Source: an uncultured Gemmatimonadales bacterium
Lineage (GTDB): Bacteria > Gemmatimonadota > Gemmatimonadetes > Gemmatimonadales > GWC2-71-9
Reading direction: 5' to 3'
Assembly (NCBI GenBank): GCA_963825055.1
Contig: CAWGSK010000015.1
Span: 1-64,000, forward strand
Length of the DNA stretch: 64,000 nt
The notes under the pieces were generated by a model. It saw only the letters and a list, made by a program, of their open reading frames with translations, did not search any database and was not told the DNA's origin. Below, one piece after another: positions 12,301 through 21,594 of the stretch. The position numbers and the translations under genes were made by a program. Positions within the stretch are counted from its first letter, which is position 1, and every line of letters begins with the position of its first letter.

Positions 12301-15300
12301 CGCCTGCGACCCCCGGTTGCGTCGCAATTCCCCCTGGGGTGCCCGCAGGCGCGGCTCACCGTAGATCAGTACCCCCGCGAGTTCCTGGAAGACGGCCACG
12401 TCGGCGGGGGTGAGGTCGAGATCACGGAGCTCGACCTGACTCGAGGTCGAGGCAAGGTCGAGCGCGCGCAGCGCGGCGTGGGGGTCGTGATACCGGTCGG
12501 CCAGTTCGAATGCGCGCTCGCGGGTGTCGGCGACGAGCGTGGTGAACGCGACCGAAGTGGACTGGCCTGGCTCCAGCCGCACCCGGGTGCGCAGCGCGAA
12601 CACCGGGTCCAGAACCGCCCCGGTGGTTCCGGAGAGTGCGCCGTCCTCCATCATCGCCTGGGGATGGCGCGTCGAACGCCCGCGACCGACGAACCTGGCG
12701 CGGTCGGTTTCGCAGGTAACCTCGCCGACCTTGTCCTTCCCCGTGTCCACGACATGGACGCACCAGAGCGTTGCCTCGTCCGCCGCCCGGGGACGGCGCG
12801 TGGCGGTGATGGCACTGCACCACGAGTGCCACGCTGTCTCCACGAACAGGTTGCTGAACGCCGGATGGGCCCGGTCCGCCGCCGGAGGAGCCATGACGAC
12901 CTCGCTGTAACTCGTCAACTCGATCTCGCGCGCTTCATTCCCCCCGTTGGTCAGCGTGACCCGGCGAACCTCGGCATGGTCCTCGGGAACCACCACGATC
13001 TCCGTCCGGGTTTCAACATCCCCGTCCACCCGCTCGAAGACGACCCGGTCCGAGGCCAGGGTGGCGAGGTACCGGTCCGCCGGCGCGCAGACCGGCTGGT
13101 GCCCTGCGGACCAGAGCCGGCCCGTCGAGAGGTCCCGGATGTAGCAGAACTGCCCGGTGGCGTCGCGCGTGGCATCCGACCGCCAGCGGGTCACGGCAAG
13201 CGCGCCATAGTGGCTGTACCCCGAACCGCAATGGCTGATCATGACGGTGTACGGGAGCTGACCCAGCAGGGCGACATGTGGCCGGACCGTGTCCGGCTGG
13301 CCGAACTCGCGGACGGTCGGGCGCGCGGGCTCCACGTCCGGGAACGAGTCGTCGGGCCGGCGCTGCGGGGTTTGGAACACCAGTCGGCGCGGAATCCGTT
13401 CCTGCAGCAGCAACTCCGCCGACCGGACCAGCGGGTCAGCGTGGAAGCGGCGCGGCCAGATCCTGCCCCGCAGGATGTTGGCGAGGGCCACCAGGCCCAT
13501 CCCCTGGTGATGTGCCATGTAGGCCCCGACCAGGGCGTACTCTTCGTCCGGTTCAGGTCGGGTAAAGTCGAGCGCGTCACGGAAGCCATAGGGGCCCAGG
13601 CTCCCGAGTTTTTCCAGGCGCGCGAGGTTCTGGAGGGCGGGCCCGGGCCGGACCAGGGCGGCAAGCAGCGTGGCATACGGTGCTACCACCAGATCCCGCT
13701 CCAGCCCGCGTTTCAGGGCGAGGTCGGGCACGCCGAAGGCACGATACTGATAGGTCTGGTGGCGGTCTCGCACGTTGTAGGCGCTTTCGCTGATGCCCCA
13801 CGGCACGCCCCGCTCTCCCGCATACGCCATCTGCCGGTCAACTGCCCCCCGGTCGCTCTGGGCGAGCAGCGTGAACGGGTAGGACCGCATTACCAGCAGC
13901 GGCATGAGATACTCGAACATGCTGCCGCTCCACGACACGAGCGCCGGGGATCCGGCCGCGAACGTCAGGGTACGCCCGAGCCGGAACCAGTGTTCGACCG
14001 GGACGTCGTTCTTGGCGATCGCGATGAAGCTGGCGAGGCGGGCCTCGGAGGCCAGCAGGTCATACGACGATGTGTCCAGCGCATGCGCGCGCTGCTGGAA
14101 GCCGGTAGCGAAGAGCCGGCGCTCACGATCGAACAGCACCCGGAAATTCATGCTCATTGCATACCGGTGCGCCTGATCGGCCAGGGCCAGGAGGCTCGCG
14201 GTCACCCGGGCCGCGTCGGGTGAGCGGGCGGCGAGGTCGCGCAGGGTGTCCCCCGGGCCGTCGCCCAGCCGGGTGACCCACGCGGTCTGCGCCGAGAGCA
14301 GGCCCAGGCACCAGGCGAGCCATTCCCCGGCCGTGCCTGGGTGCTTCGAGCCGGCCATCGCCCGCTCCGCCGCGCGCAGGGCCGTCGCAACCTCGGTCAG
14401 GACCGCCCCGGTCGGGGTTTCCCGGCGGAGTGAGCTGATCAACACCTGGGCCCGACGGACGCTGATACCCGCCTCCGGGGGCGAGTCGATGGAGGTGAGG
14501 TCGGCCTCGGCCAGCGCGAGCGCGGCCTCGAGCGCGTGCCAGAGACGCCGATCCACGACGGGATCATCGATGATTTCCAGGCAGGCCTGGCGGAAGGCGA
14601 TCAGGTGGCCGGCGAGGTTCCCGCTGTCCACCGTGGAGATATATGAAGGCTCCAGGACTTCCAGGGAGTGCAGGTCATACCAGTTATAGAAATGGCCATG
14701 GAGACGGGGCAGGCGCGCGAGCGTTGCGAACATGAGTTCCAGCCGCCGGGTGAGGTCCTCGAGCGGAATGAATCCGAGATCCCGCGCGCTCACGGTGGAG
14801 AGCAGCTGCAGTCCGATGTTCGTCGGGGAGGTGCGTGCCGCCACAACGGGTTCGGGAACCTCCTGGAAATTGTCGGGGACGAGCCAGTGAGTTCCGGCGA
14901 CGGCGAAGCGATCGAAATAGCGCCAGTGCAACAGGGCGTAGCGCATGGCCTGCCGGCGGCGGTCGGCAGGCAACCGCTCCTCCGGGCGGGTCACCGGCGC
15001 GTCGAGCACATGGGCCACCGAAGGCGACGCCATCCACAGGATACCGAGCGGGATGACGCTGACCGCAAGCGTCCAGGTCAGTCCACGGTGACTCAGGATG
15101 GACTGGACCACGGGGAGGAGCAGCGCCAGGGCGGCGACCGGCACGACAGGCCACATGCCGCCCCAGACGGCAGCGTTGGAGTCCGCCACGCGCTGTTCCG
15201 ACTGCGAAGCCGTCTTCCACTCCAGCAGATGCCGTCGTGATACCGCCATACGCCAGAGGGTGCGGGCGATCGCATCCGCCGAGACCCAGGCCTGGTGGGG

Positions 15301-17988
15301 GAGGAATGTCAGGGCCAGCGCGAACTGCTGGATGCTCGTGACTGCGTCGTGCGAGACCGCGCCGTAATAGGCACGCCACGATTTGTCGCGCGGGGGGCGG
15401 ACCAGGGCCAGCAGCAGCGCCACGACCCACGGCGCAGCGAATGCGCCCAGGCCGAGCAGGGTCCATCGTACCTCGTGGCCGGGGAAGAGAATCCAGCCGG
15501 CGGCCAGGAAGACCAGCAGGGCCATCTCGACCAGGCTCCGGCGGAGGTTGTCCAGGAGCTTCCAGCGGGACAGGAGCGACAGCCGGTTGGGCTCAGCCCC
15601 GGCCGGCCCCGGCACCCAGGACGTGAGCCACGGGAGGAGCTGCCAGTCCCCGCGGATCCAGCGATGCTTGCGGTGCGCATGCGTGAGATATCGCGTCGGG
15701 TAGTCGTCGTAGACGAGGACGTCGGTGGCGAGTCCGGCCCGGGCGAAGCTTCCCTCGATCAGGTCGTGGGAAAGCAGCATGTTCTCGGGAAACCGCCCCC
15801 GCATCGCCCGCTCGAAGGTGACGACATCATAGACCCCCTTGCCGGTGAAGCTGCCCTCGCCGAAGAGGTCCTGATAGACGTCGGACACTGCCGTGGTGTA
15901 CGGGTCGACGCCCGGATGTCCGGAGTGAATGGCAGCGAACACCGACCGGTTCGCGCTCGTCAGTGACACCCCCACGCGCGGCTGAAGGATTCCGTAGCCG
16001 CGGACCACCCGGCCCAGCGCCTCATCGTACACGGCGCGATTGAGCGGATGCGCGAGGGCGCCGACGAGGAGCGGAGCGGCGTCGGGGGGCAGGACCGTAT
16101 CGGCATCAAGGGTGATGACGTAGCGCACCTCGCGGAGGGGCGCGAGGTCACCCACGATCAGCGAGAAGGGGGTCGTGTCGCCGTCCAGCACCAGGCGGTT
16201 GAACTGGGCAAGCTTGCCGCGTTTCCGTTCCCATCCCATCCACGCGCCTTCCTGCGCGTTCCAGGATCTGGGGCGGTGAAAGAGGTAGAACGCATCCTGA
16301 CGCCCGGCCGCATACCTGGCATTGAGGTCGCGCACCCCGTCCCGCGCGGCCTGCTCGACCTCCAGGTCACCCGGTCGTGACGGCGTCGAAGCGTCGGTAT
16401 GGTCGCTCAGGAGCGCGAAGTGAAGGTGGGCCTCACGGTTGGCCAGGAACTGCGCCTCGAGGTTCTCCAGTGCCTGCTCGACCTCATCGACACTCGCGAA
16501 GAGCGTGGGGATTACCACCGCGGTCCGGAATTCCGGGGGGACGCCGGCCCGTTCGAAATCGAGCTTGGGAAGCTGCCTGGGGGGAAGGAAGGCGGTCGTC
16601 AGCTGGTTGACGACTCCCACGGCGATATCAAGTGCGGGCAGGAAGCCCAGGATCGCGACAATGACCCAGGCTTCGCGTAACTGATGGCCCGCCAGCACCA
16701 GCAGCGCGGCGAGCGCCGCGAGGGTCAGGAGGGCGATTCCCCCGACAAAGACGCCCTCGGCATGCCGACGGACCCATTGATGCGCGGCTTCCGCGCGTCC
16801 AGGCCGGTAGCCGGTCAGTTCCTCCAGGCGAGGCAGGCCGTCATCAATGAGGTAATACCCGACATGGGTCCGGCGGTCCTCCCGTGGTGCGCCGGCCTCC
16901 AGGGCGAGGTCAATCGCCTGCCGGGCCACGGCTTCCTCCGCCAGCCCGGTACGTCGGGCAATGCGTTCCACGGCCTGGCGGTACCCGTCACGCGTGGCGA
17001 ACGTCATGCGGGGATAGAAGCCGGATGGATCCTCCTGGAGGATGGCCTCCATCCGGCTCTGCCGTTCCACAAAGATGCCCCAGTCCATCCGGGCGATGGT
17101 CCGCAGGCTCGTGATGCTGTTCGCGATGCCGACCTGGGTGCGTGCGAGGCGCTGGGTTGAGCGCGTCCGGGCCTCCTCCACGCTCAGCGCCTCCTCCGTG
17201 ATCCACTGCTCGATCTGGAGGATGGCCGGAAGGGCACCGCCTTCGAGCCGTAACCGCTGGAGGAAGCGGGCAACGAACTCCGGGGTGAGCGGAGGGGGGT
17301 CCGCGGCAAAGCGGCGCAGGGCCTCGTCGAGTGCGTCCCGCCCCTCATGGGCGGCCCGGGTGATGCGTTCCGCCGCGGCGTCGGCGGTGTCGAGTTCCTC
17401 CAGCCGCTGCACCGTCCGGAGCGTCATCCGCCTGACGTTCTCGATCAACCCGAGTCGCAGCATGGGGGGAATCGCCCAGAGTTCCCCGAGGGTGAGGATG
17501 CTGCCCTGCTGGAATGCGGCGACGAACCGGCCGACGTTCTCCAGGTCCACCCGGCCCTCGGTATGGGAAATCAGCGTAATGGCGAGTTCGTACACCCTGG
17601 GGTAGCCCGCGAGCGGACCGGTGGCCAGCTCGGGGAGCTCGCGGTAGTACCCACGCGGCAGGCTTTCCCGCACTTCACTGACGTGCTCCTGGATCACGTA
17701 ATAGTTGTCGAGCAGCCATTCGCCGGCCGGCCCGACATCCGCCCCGCCCCGCGCGGTGACGAGGCGGGCGTGTGCCTCCTGGAGGATGCTGTTGGTGCTG
17801 TTCAGCCGGGCGAGAAGGGGGGCGTGCCAGCCGGCCCGCGGCCCGGTGGCCAGCCGTTGTCCCGCGGCCAGGGACATGGCCCGGTCGCCGAGGTGCTCAT
17901 GGCCGAGGAGTTCCCCACGGATGGGGCTGGCCAGCATCTCGGGCGGTGGGGGGCGGCGCCGCATGAGGCGGGAGAGCGCCGTTCGCAA
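9361..17988 (-). CDS. cgs: Cyclic beta-1,2-glucan synthase (Cgs/ChvB/NdvB type) with C-terminal GH94 phosphorylase region
   Basis: 2875 aa; WLLDNYY, WERKRGK, VITLDADT, GEGSFTGKG, LLSHDLIEG, RWIRGDWQ, SWSGSMFEY, QSGGAYGFRDQLQD, GDWNDGMN, ENGAQYTH. Confidence 0.9.
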   Translation of the reverse strand: MRTALSRLMRRRPPPPEMLASPIRGELLGHEHLGDRAMSLAAGQRLATGPRAGWHAPLLARLNSTNSILQEAHARLVTARGGADVGPAGEWLLDNYYVIQEHVSEVRESLPRGYYRELPELATGPLAGYPRVYELAITLISHTEGRVDLENVGRFVAAFQQGSILTLGELWAIPPMLRLGLIENVRRMTLRTVQRLEELDTADAAAERITRAAHEGRDALDEALRRFAADPPPLTPEFVARFLQRLRLEGGALPAILQIEQWITEEALSVEEARTRSTQRLARTQVGIANSITSLRTIARMDWGIFVERQSRMEAILQEDPSGFYPRMTFATRDGYRQAVERIARRTGLAEEAVARQAIDLALEAGAPREDRRTHVGYYLIDDGLPRLEELTGYRPGRAEAAHQWVRRHAEGVFVGGIALLTLAALAALLVLAGHQLREAWVIVAILGFLPALDIAVGVVNQLTTAFLPPRQLPKLDFERAGVPPEFRTAVVIPTLFASVDEVEQALENLEAQFLANREAHLHFALLSDHTDASTPSRPGDLEVEQAARDGVRDLNARYAAGRQDAFYLFHRPRSWNAQEGAWMGWERKRGKLAQFNRLVLDGDTTPFSLIVGDLAPLREVRYVITLDADTVLPPDAAPLLVGALAHPLNRAVYDEALGRVVRGYGILQPRVGVSLTSANRSVFAAIHSGHPGVDPYTTAVSDVYQDLFGEGSFTGKGVYDVVTFERAMRGRFPENMLLSHDLIEGSFARAGLATDVLVYDDYPTRYLTHAHRKHRWIRGDWQLLPWLTSWVPGPAGAEPNRLSLLSRWKLLDNLRRSLVEMALLVFLAAGWILFPGHEVRWTLLGLGAFAAPWVVALLLALVRPPRDKSWRAYYGAVSHDAVTSIQQFALALTFLPHQAWVSADAIARTLWRMAVSRRHLLEWKTASQSEQRVADSNAAVWGGMWPVVPVAALALLLPVVQSILSHRGLTWTLAVSVIPLGILWMASPSVAHVLDAPVTRPEERLPADRRRQAMRYALLHWRYFDRFAVAGTHWLVPDNFQEVPEPVVAARTSPTNIGLQLLSTVSARDLGFIPLEDLTRRLELMFATLARLPRLHGHFYNWYDLHSLEVLEPSYISTVDSGNLAGHLIAFRQACLEIIDDPVVDRRLWHALEAALALAEADLTSIDSPPEAGISVRRAQVLISSLRRETPTGAVLTEVATALRAAERAMAGSKHPGTAGEWLAWCLGLLSAQTAWVTRLGDGPGDTLRDLAARSPDAARVTASLLALADQAHRYAMSMNFRVLFDRERRLFATGFQQRAHALDTSSYDLLASEARLASFIAIAKNDVPVEHWFRLGRTLTFAAGSPALVSWSGSMFEYLMPLLVMRSYPFTLLAQSDRGAVDRQMAYAGERGVPWGISESAYNVRDRHQTYQYRAFGVPDLALKRGLERDLVVAPYATLLAALVRPGPALQNLARLEKLGSLGPYGFRDALDFTRPEPDEEYALVGAYMAHHQGMGLVALANILRGRIWPRRFHADPLVRSAELLLQERIPRRLVFQTPQRRPDDSFPDVEPARPTVREFGQPDTVRPHVALLGQLPYTVMISHCGSGYSHYGALAVTRWRSDATRDATGQFCYIRDLSTGRLWSAGHQPVCAPADRYLATLASDRVVFERVDGDVETRTEIVVVPEDHAEVRRVTLTNGGNEAREIELTSYSEVVMAPPAADRAHPAFSNLFVETAWHSWCSAITATRRPRAADEATLWCVHVVDTGKDKVGEVTCETDRARFVGRGRSTRHPQAMMEDGALSGTTGAVLDPVFALRTRVRLEPGQSTSVAFTTLVADTRERAFELADRYHDPHAALRALDLASTSSQVELRDLDLTPADVAVFQELAGVLIYGEPRLRAPQGELRRNRGSQAMLWEVGPSGNWPIVLATIQDAEGLPTLRQLLVAHRYWQRRGLTVDLIILVAHPPDYLQDLVDRVRAAVYAIADPDAFDRPGGVFLRHRDLLTPQNLLMVQATARLHLRCDGHELGRIMETTPSPEENDLAASGEEGRPAPVQRERGASRVGRVIRKLGTLLTTPMARHGRAEPPDPRGGVPSRSGNGFGELTDNGDYRVVVEEGTLPPAPWANVIANPNGGFVITERGGGFTWAENSFFYRLTPWHNDPVSDPVSDVIYLEDDESDDLWCPTPGPVSSDGSFVIQHGPGRSTFQHTHAGIETVLTVGMPEEDPVKLSHLRVTNTGSRPRRLILTTFVEWNLGVLREHSQHQVRTEFDRGRGAIFAQNTFDPQFAEWMAFHAISEPVQGFTASRQAFLGRNGTAAAPAALFSGSLDGASGAGIDPCAALRCTLELEPGETRDIAILLGAAPSGTAAQALRARYQTAGQALDALTAAVSAWEDRLSIITVHTPEPAFDVMSNRWLLYQALSCRMWGRSALYQSGGAYGFRDQLQDVAAFVYAEPGLARAHILRAAGRQFVEGDVQHWWHPQSGRGVRTRFSDDLVWLPHVVDHYVRITGDRGVLDENVPFLRMRELRPDEHEVYDLPEVSRQEGSVYEHCLRALRRACTDGAHGLPLIGIGDWNDGMNRVGVEGRGESVWLGWFLVGTLRSFAEQADERHDTTTAALFRRRADDYLAAIEAHGWDGEWYRRAWFDDGTPLGSRTSDECIIDSIAQTWSVISGAGSPARQEQAMRSLERYLVREDARLLPLLTPPFDKTTHDPGYIRGYLPGVRENGAQYTHAALWAVLATTLQGRGDRAFELFQMLNPLTHATTPEAAETYKVEPYVVAADVYAAPGHLGRGGWTWYTGSASWMYRVGLEGILGFRKRGNRLFLEPRVPETWPGYSIHYRHGGSLYVISVRQGAAPSAGGRVLLDGVETGEDGIPLVDDGTTHEVVVEPAR

Positions 17989-18098
17989 TCCAGGTGCAGC
18001 GATGTGAGAGATCTCCGGTGGCGGTAATCGTTCCTGCCTGGGATCTCAAGTTAGCCCGGGCGTGTTCGGGGAGCCGTGAGGATGCTCACCGCCCGGAA

Positions 18099-19688
18099 TC
18101 ACTGCCGCGCCTGGAACCCCCACCGATACAGGCGCATCGTTCCGCAGCGCCCCCTGCAGAGTTCCGTCGCCCGGTGCTCCAGCGTGTCGACCAGAGCCGG
18201 GTCGATGTTGTGAGAAACTATGTATTTCTGGTCGATGCCGATCACGACACCGGCCCGGCCGGGAAATGCCGCCCGGATTTCGCCAGGGCTGGTGAGAACC
18301 GGAACACCGGCGTAGACGTCGAGCGTGCCCGGCGGGCCAAGCGCGTAGCCGCTGCCCGACCACCGCTCCCTGAGTGCCGGTTGCACGGTAAAATCGAGCC
18401 TGCCCCAGTAGTGCAGTGCCGGCAGCGGCGAGGTCGCGGCCAGCGGAAGTGCCCCCAGGACGGGATCCTGGTGCAGGATGGCTGCGCTTGCGCGCCATCC
18501 GTCCTCGTCGCCGGCGTGCGGCATCCGGCGGGCCGTGTTGAACGCCGGCTGGGTAATCACGACCGTCACCGCGACGAGGGCAGCGAGCGCGCCGGCGCCG
18601 ATCCGGCCTTCCGATTCGGCGCCGCCAGTGGCACGGACCAGGAAGCCGTGCAGGGCGGCGCCCGCTGCCGTCGCCGCGAGTGCCAGGAGCAGCAGCCAGG
18701 CAGGGACGGCGAGCAGGATGTATCGCTCCTGCTTCCAGGGCAGTACGAGACTGTGGACGAGCAGGGCGACGCCGAACCATCCCGCGAGATATACGGCCAG
18801 GCGCGCGCGGCGCAGGAGGAGCCAGATGGTGGCCACGGGCAGCAGGGAGATGCCGATCGGCCAGGACGTCGAGAGCGCGCGATAGTAGAACGTGGTGGGC
18901 TCGTTCCCGGTGGCGCCGAGCCGTGCCCAGAGAGGGACGGCGCGGGCGCGCGCGGCGAACTCCGCCACCGCCGCACTCCCTGCCGCCACCAGGATGACAC
19001 CGGTGATGAGGAACAGTGTCGTGGCCTGAAGCGCGCCGCTCCATCGCCAGGCAGCCCTGCCGTGACGGCGCCAGTCCACCAGCGCCTGGCCGCCCAGCAG
19101 GACCATCCAGGCAAGCACGACCGTCAGCGTGGTGACCTGAACCCGGGTCGCGGCGAGGAAGGCGGCCAGCGCGAGCGCAATCCACGCCCACTGGCGCATC
19201 AGGGCCCGGCGGTTCCCGGGTTGTGCCGGGGTGAAGGCCTTCCATCCGGCGTAGAACGCGATCAGCCCCAGCGCGAGCTGCAGCGCATAGAATCGCCCGA
19301 ACCGGGAAAGCAGCACTGCCTCGGGGTAGAGCCCCAGGAGAACGGTACACCAGAGCGCGACCCAGGGTCCACCAAGGGCCCACCCGATCACCGTGAATGC
19401 CACGAGGGCCAGCGTGCCCAGGATCGCGGCCGGGAGCCGCATGGCCGTTTCGGGCGAGTCGCCCCGGGCGAGAAGCGGAGCGGCAAGCCGGGTATAGTCG
19501 ATGCCGCGTTCGTAGGGCACGCCGGAAGGCAGGACCGGTCTGCCCGTTTCGAGCAGCCCCCGGGCGGCGTAGTACTGTATCGCCTCGTCAGTCGCGAATG
19601 GCCGCGCATCAAGGTGGGCAAGGCGGAGCCAGGCCCCGGCGGCGAGTGCCAGTACGACCAGCAGGTGGGGCAACCAGGTCCGGCTCAT
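18099..19688 (-). CDS. Polytopic GT-C-fold glycosyltransferase (PMT/ArnT-like)
   Basis: Many TM segments; DE pair after TM1 (FATDEAIQY); RLPAAILG; SRFGRFYA; ERY motif. Confidence 0.75.
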   Translation of the reverse strand: MSRTWLPHLLVVLALAAGAWLRLAHLDARPFATDEAIQYYAARGLLETGRPVLPSGVPYERGIDYTRLAAPLLARGDSPETAMRLPAAILGTLALVAFTVIGWALGGPWVALWCTVLLGLYPEAVLLSRFGRFYALQLALGLIAFYAGWKAFTPAQPGNRRALMRQWAWIALALAAFLAATRVQVTTLTVVLAWMVLLGGQALVDWRRHGRAAWRWSGALQATTLFLITGVILVAAGSAAVAEFAARARAVPLWARLGATGNEPTTFYYRALSTSWPIGISLLPVATIWLLLRRARLAVYLAGWFGVALLVHSLVLPWKQERYILLAVPAWLLLLALAATAAGAALHGFLVRATGGAESEGRIGAGALAALVAVTVVITQPAFNTARRMPHAGDEDGWRASAAILHQDPVLGALPLAATSPLPALHYWGRLDFTVQPALRERWSGSGYALGPPGTLDVYAGVPVLTSPGEIRAAFPGRAGVVIGIDQKYIVSHNIDPALVDTLEHRATELCRGRCGTMRLYRWGFQARQ

Positions 19689-20653
19689 GGAGGGGGCAAG
19701 GTCTCCTCGGTAATGCGGTATCCTGTTCCCCGGCTCGTATGCAGGAAGACGATGATCTCACCCACCAGGCCGAGGGCGAAGGCCTGGATGCCGAGGATGG
19801 CCATCGCGAGGGCCACGAGGAGGATCGGCCGGCTGACCGTGCCCGAGAACCGGATACGTTCCAGGAAGATGATGCCGATCAAGCCACCGCCGACCAGCAG
19901 CAGTACGGCACCGACCCAGCCGAAGAACCGGAGCGGTTTCTGGGTAAAGCGAAGGACCACGAAGAGTCCGAGCAGGTCAACGATGCGTCGGAGATAGAGG
20001 GCCGGGCTGTAGATGCGCGCGCGTACGTCCCCGGGATGCTGGGCCGCGGGCAACTCGACGACCCGATACCCCAGGCGCTCGGCAATCACGGGAAAGAACC
20101 GGAACAGGTCGCCGTAGAGTGGGACCTCACGGAGCAGTTCCCGCCGCAGAACACGCACTCCACAGGCGACGTCATGGATGGAGACGCCGGTGAGCGCGCG
20201 CAGCACTGCGTGGAGGGCGCGGTTCTGGAGCCGGTTTATGGGGCCATCACGCCTCGGGTTCCGCCACGCGACGGCAAGGTCGGCGCCGGAACGCACGGCG
20301 TCGACCAGCGGGACCAGCCCCTCAGGCACGACTCGCCGGTAGGATGGCAGGGTCATGAGGATATCCCCTCGCGCGTGCGGCTCCACGGACCGGATCAGGA
20401 CGCCATCCACCGCATCCTGCCCCACCGTGAAGCTCCGAATCGGCTCGCCTGCCGACGCGAGGGGATGCAGCGCGTCGAGGAGCCCGGCGAACTCTGGACC
20501 GCTCACGAACAGGAACTCGAAATCGAGGCCGGCCTGGCGGAGCGGCGAGGCATATTCCCGGTAGAGACCGGCCAGGTCCTCGGGATGCTCGCCCACCGGC
20601 ACGATCACCGAGACGATCCCCGCTGAGGGGAATCCGCGAAGCGGCTCTGTCAT
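19685..20653 (-). CDS. ArnC/GtrB-like GT2 homolog lacking both acidic motifs
   Basis: Start MTEPL; VSVIVPV, DLAVAWR, HDVACG, FRFFPV, two C-terminal TMs; FVSGPE and MTLPSY replace VDDGS and SLDGDLQ. Confidence 0.8.
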   Translation of the reverse strand: MTEPLRGFPSAGIVSVIVPVGEHPEDLAGLYREYASPLRQAGLDFEFLFVSGPEFAGLLDALHPLASAGEPIRSFTVGQDAVDGVLIRSVEPHARGDILMTLPSYRRVVPEGLVPLVDAVRSGADLAVAWRNPRRDGPINRLQNRALHAVLRALTGVSIHDVACGVRVLRRELLREVPLYGDLFRFFPVIAERLGYRVVELPAAQHPGDVRARIYSPALYLRRIVDLLGLFVVLRFTQKPLRFFGWVGAVLLLVGGGLIGIIFLERIRFSGTVSRPILLVALAMAILGIQAFALGLVGEIIVFLHTSRGTGYRITEETLPPP

Positions 20654-21594
20654 CGGACGATCTCGGTTGCGGTCGCAGGGGGCGGGGTTCCTCCGCGCTT
20701 CAGGAACAGGACCAGCTCCGCGATCAGACCCAGCATGAGCAGGTACATGCTGAGCCCGACCAGGAGGACCACGACTCCGGGAAGCACGAGTGCCTGGACG
20801 TCGAACAGCGGCAGCCCGAGCCGCAGTTCGTAGGTGGCGAAGGCGAGGGCCAGGCCGAGGAACAGCCACAGCAGGCTCCAGCGGGCAAAGACACGCAACG
20901 GCCGGTCGGGAGATCCCTGGATCATTGTAAGGATGAGCAGGTCGCTCAGGACCGCCGGCGCGCGCGCAATGCCGTACTTGCTCCGGCCGTGAAGACGGGG
21001 CCGATGGATGACGGGAATCTCGGTCAGCCGCGCCCCCGCGAGGGAGACGGCCACCACCGGAATGAAGCGGTGAAAATCGGAGTAGAGGTAGAGCCGGTTC
21101 AGGATATCCCGACGGAAGGCCTTGAGGGTACACCCCGTATCCCGGATGCGCACGCCGGTCCAGAGGCGGATCACGGCATTGGCGATCCAGGAGGGCAGGG
21201 TACGGAGTGGCTCGTTCCGGAAACGGTTGACGCGATAGCCGACAACGACATCACTGCCCCCCTCCAGCGCATCGATGAGACGGGGGATCTCGGCGGGGTC
21301 GTTCTGGAGGTCGCCGTCCAGGCTCACGATCACCACACCCCGCGCCTGGTCGAAGCCGGCCTGGAGGGCGGTACTCTGCCCGTAGTTCCGTCCCAGGCGA
21401 AGCACCCGCACGCGGGCATCATCGCGTGCGGCCTCCCGGGCGGCGGCGAGTGTGCGGTCCCGGCTGCCGTCATCGACCAGGATCAGTTCGTACGATCGCG
21501 TCCCCATCGCGGAATGCACCTCGGTGACGACGACGGGGACATTCTCTTCCTCGTCGTGCAACGGGATGACGATCGAGGCGTGTGGAGCGTTCAA
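20650..21594 (-). CDS. ArnC/GtrB-like polyprenol-phosphate glycosyltransferase (GT2)
   Basis: TTG start overlapping the upstream TGA; SIVIPLHDEEE, LVDDGSRD, RNYGQSTA, SLDGDLQNDP, DTGCTLKAFR, HRFIP, GRSKYG. Confidence 0.9.
   Translation of the reverse strand: MNAPHASIVIPLHDEEENVPVVVTEVHSAMGTRSYELILVDDGSRDRTLAAAREAARDDARVRVLRLGRNYGQSTALQAGFDQARGVVIVSLDGDLQNDPAEIPRLIDALEGGSDVVVGYRVNRFRNEPLRTLPSWIANAVIRLWTGVRIRDTGCTLKAFRRDILNRLYLYSDFHRFIPVVAVSLAGARLTEIPVIHRPRLHGRSKYGIARAPAVLSDLLILTMIQGSPDRPLRVFARWSLLWLFLGLALAFATYELRLGLPLFDVQALVLPGVVVLLVGLSMYLLMLGLIAELVLFLKRGGTPPPATATEIVR

Noticed and set aside
10141..14223. 1360-aa plus-strand ORF
   Set aside because: Antisense shadow of the glucan synthase, typical of high-GC codon bias; no protein motifs.
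17994..19997. 667-aa plus-strand ORF
   Set aside because: Antisense to the GT-C and GT2 genes; no motifs.
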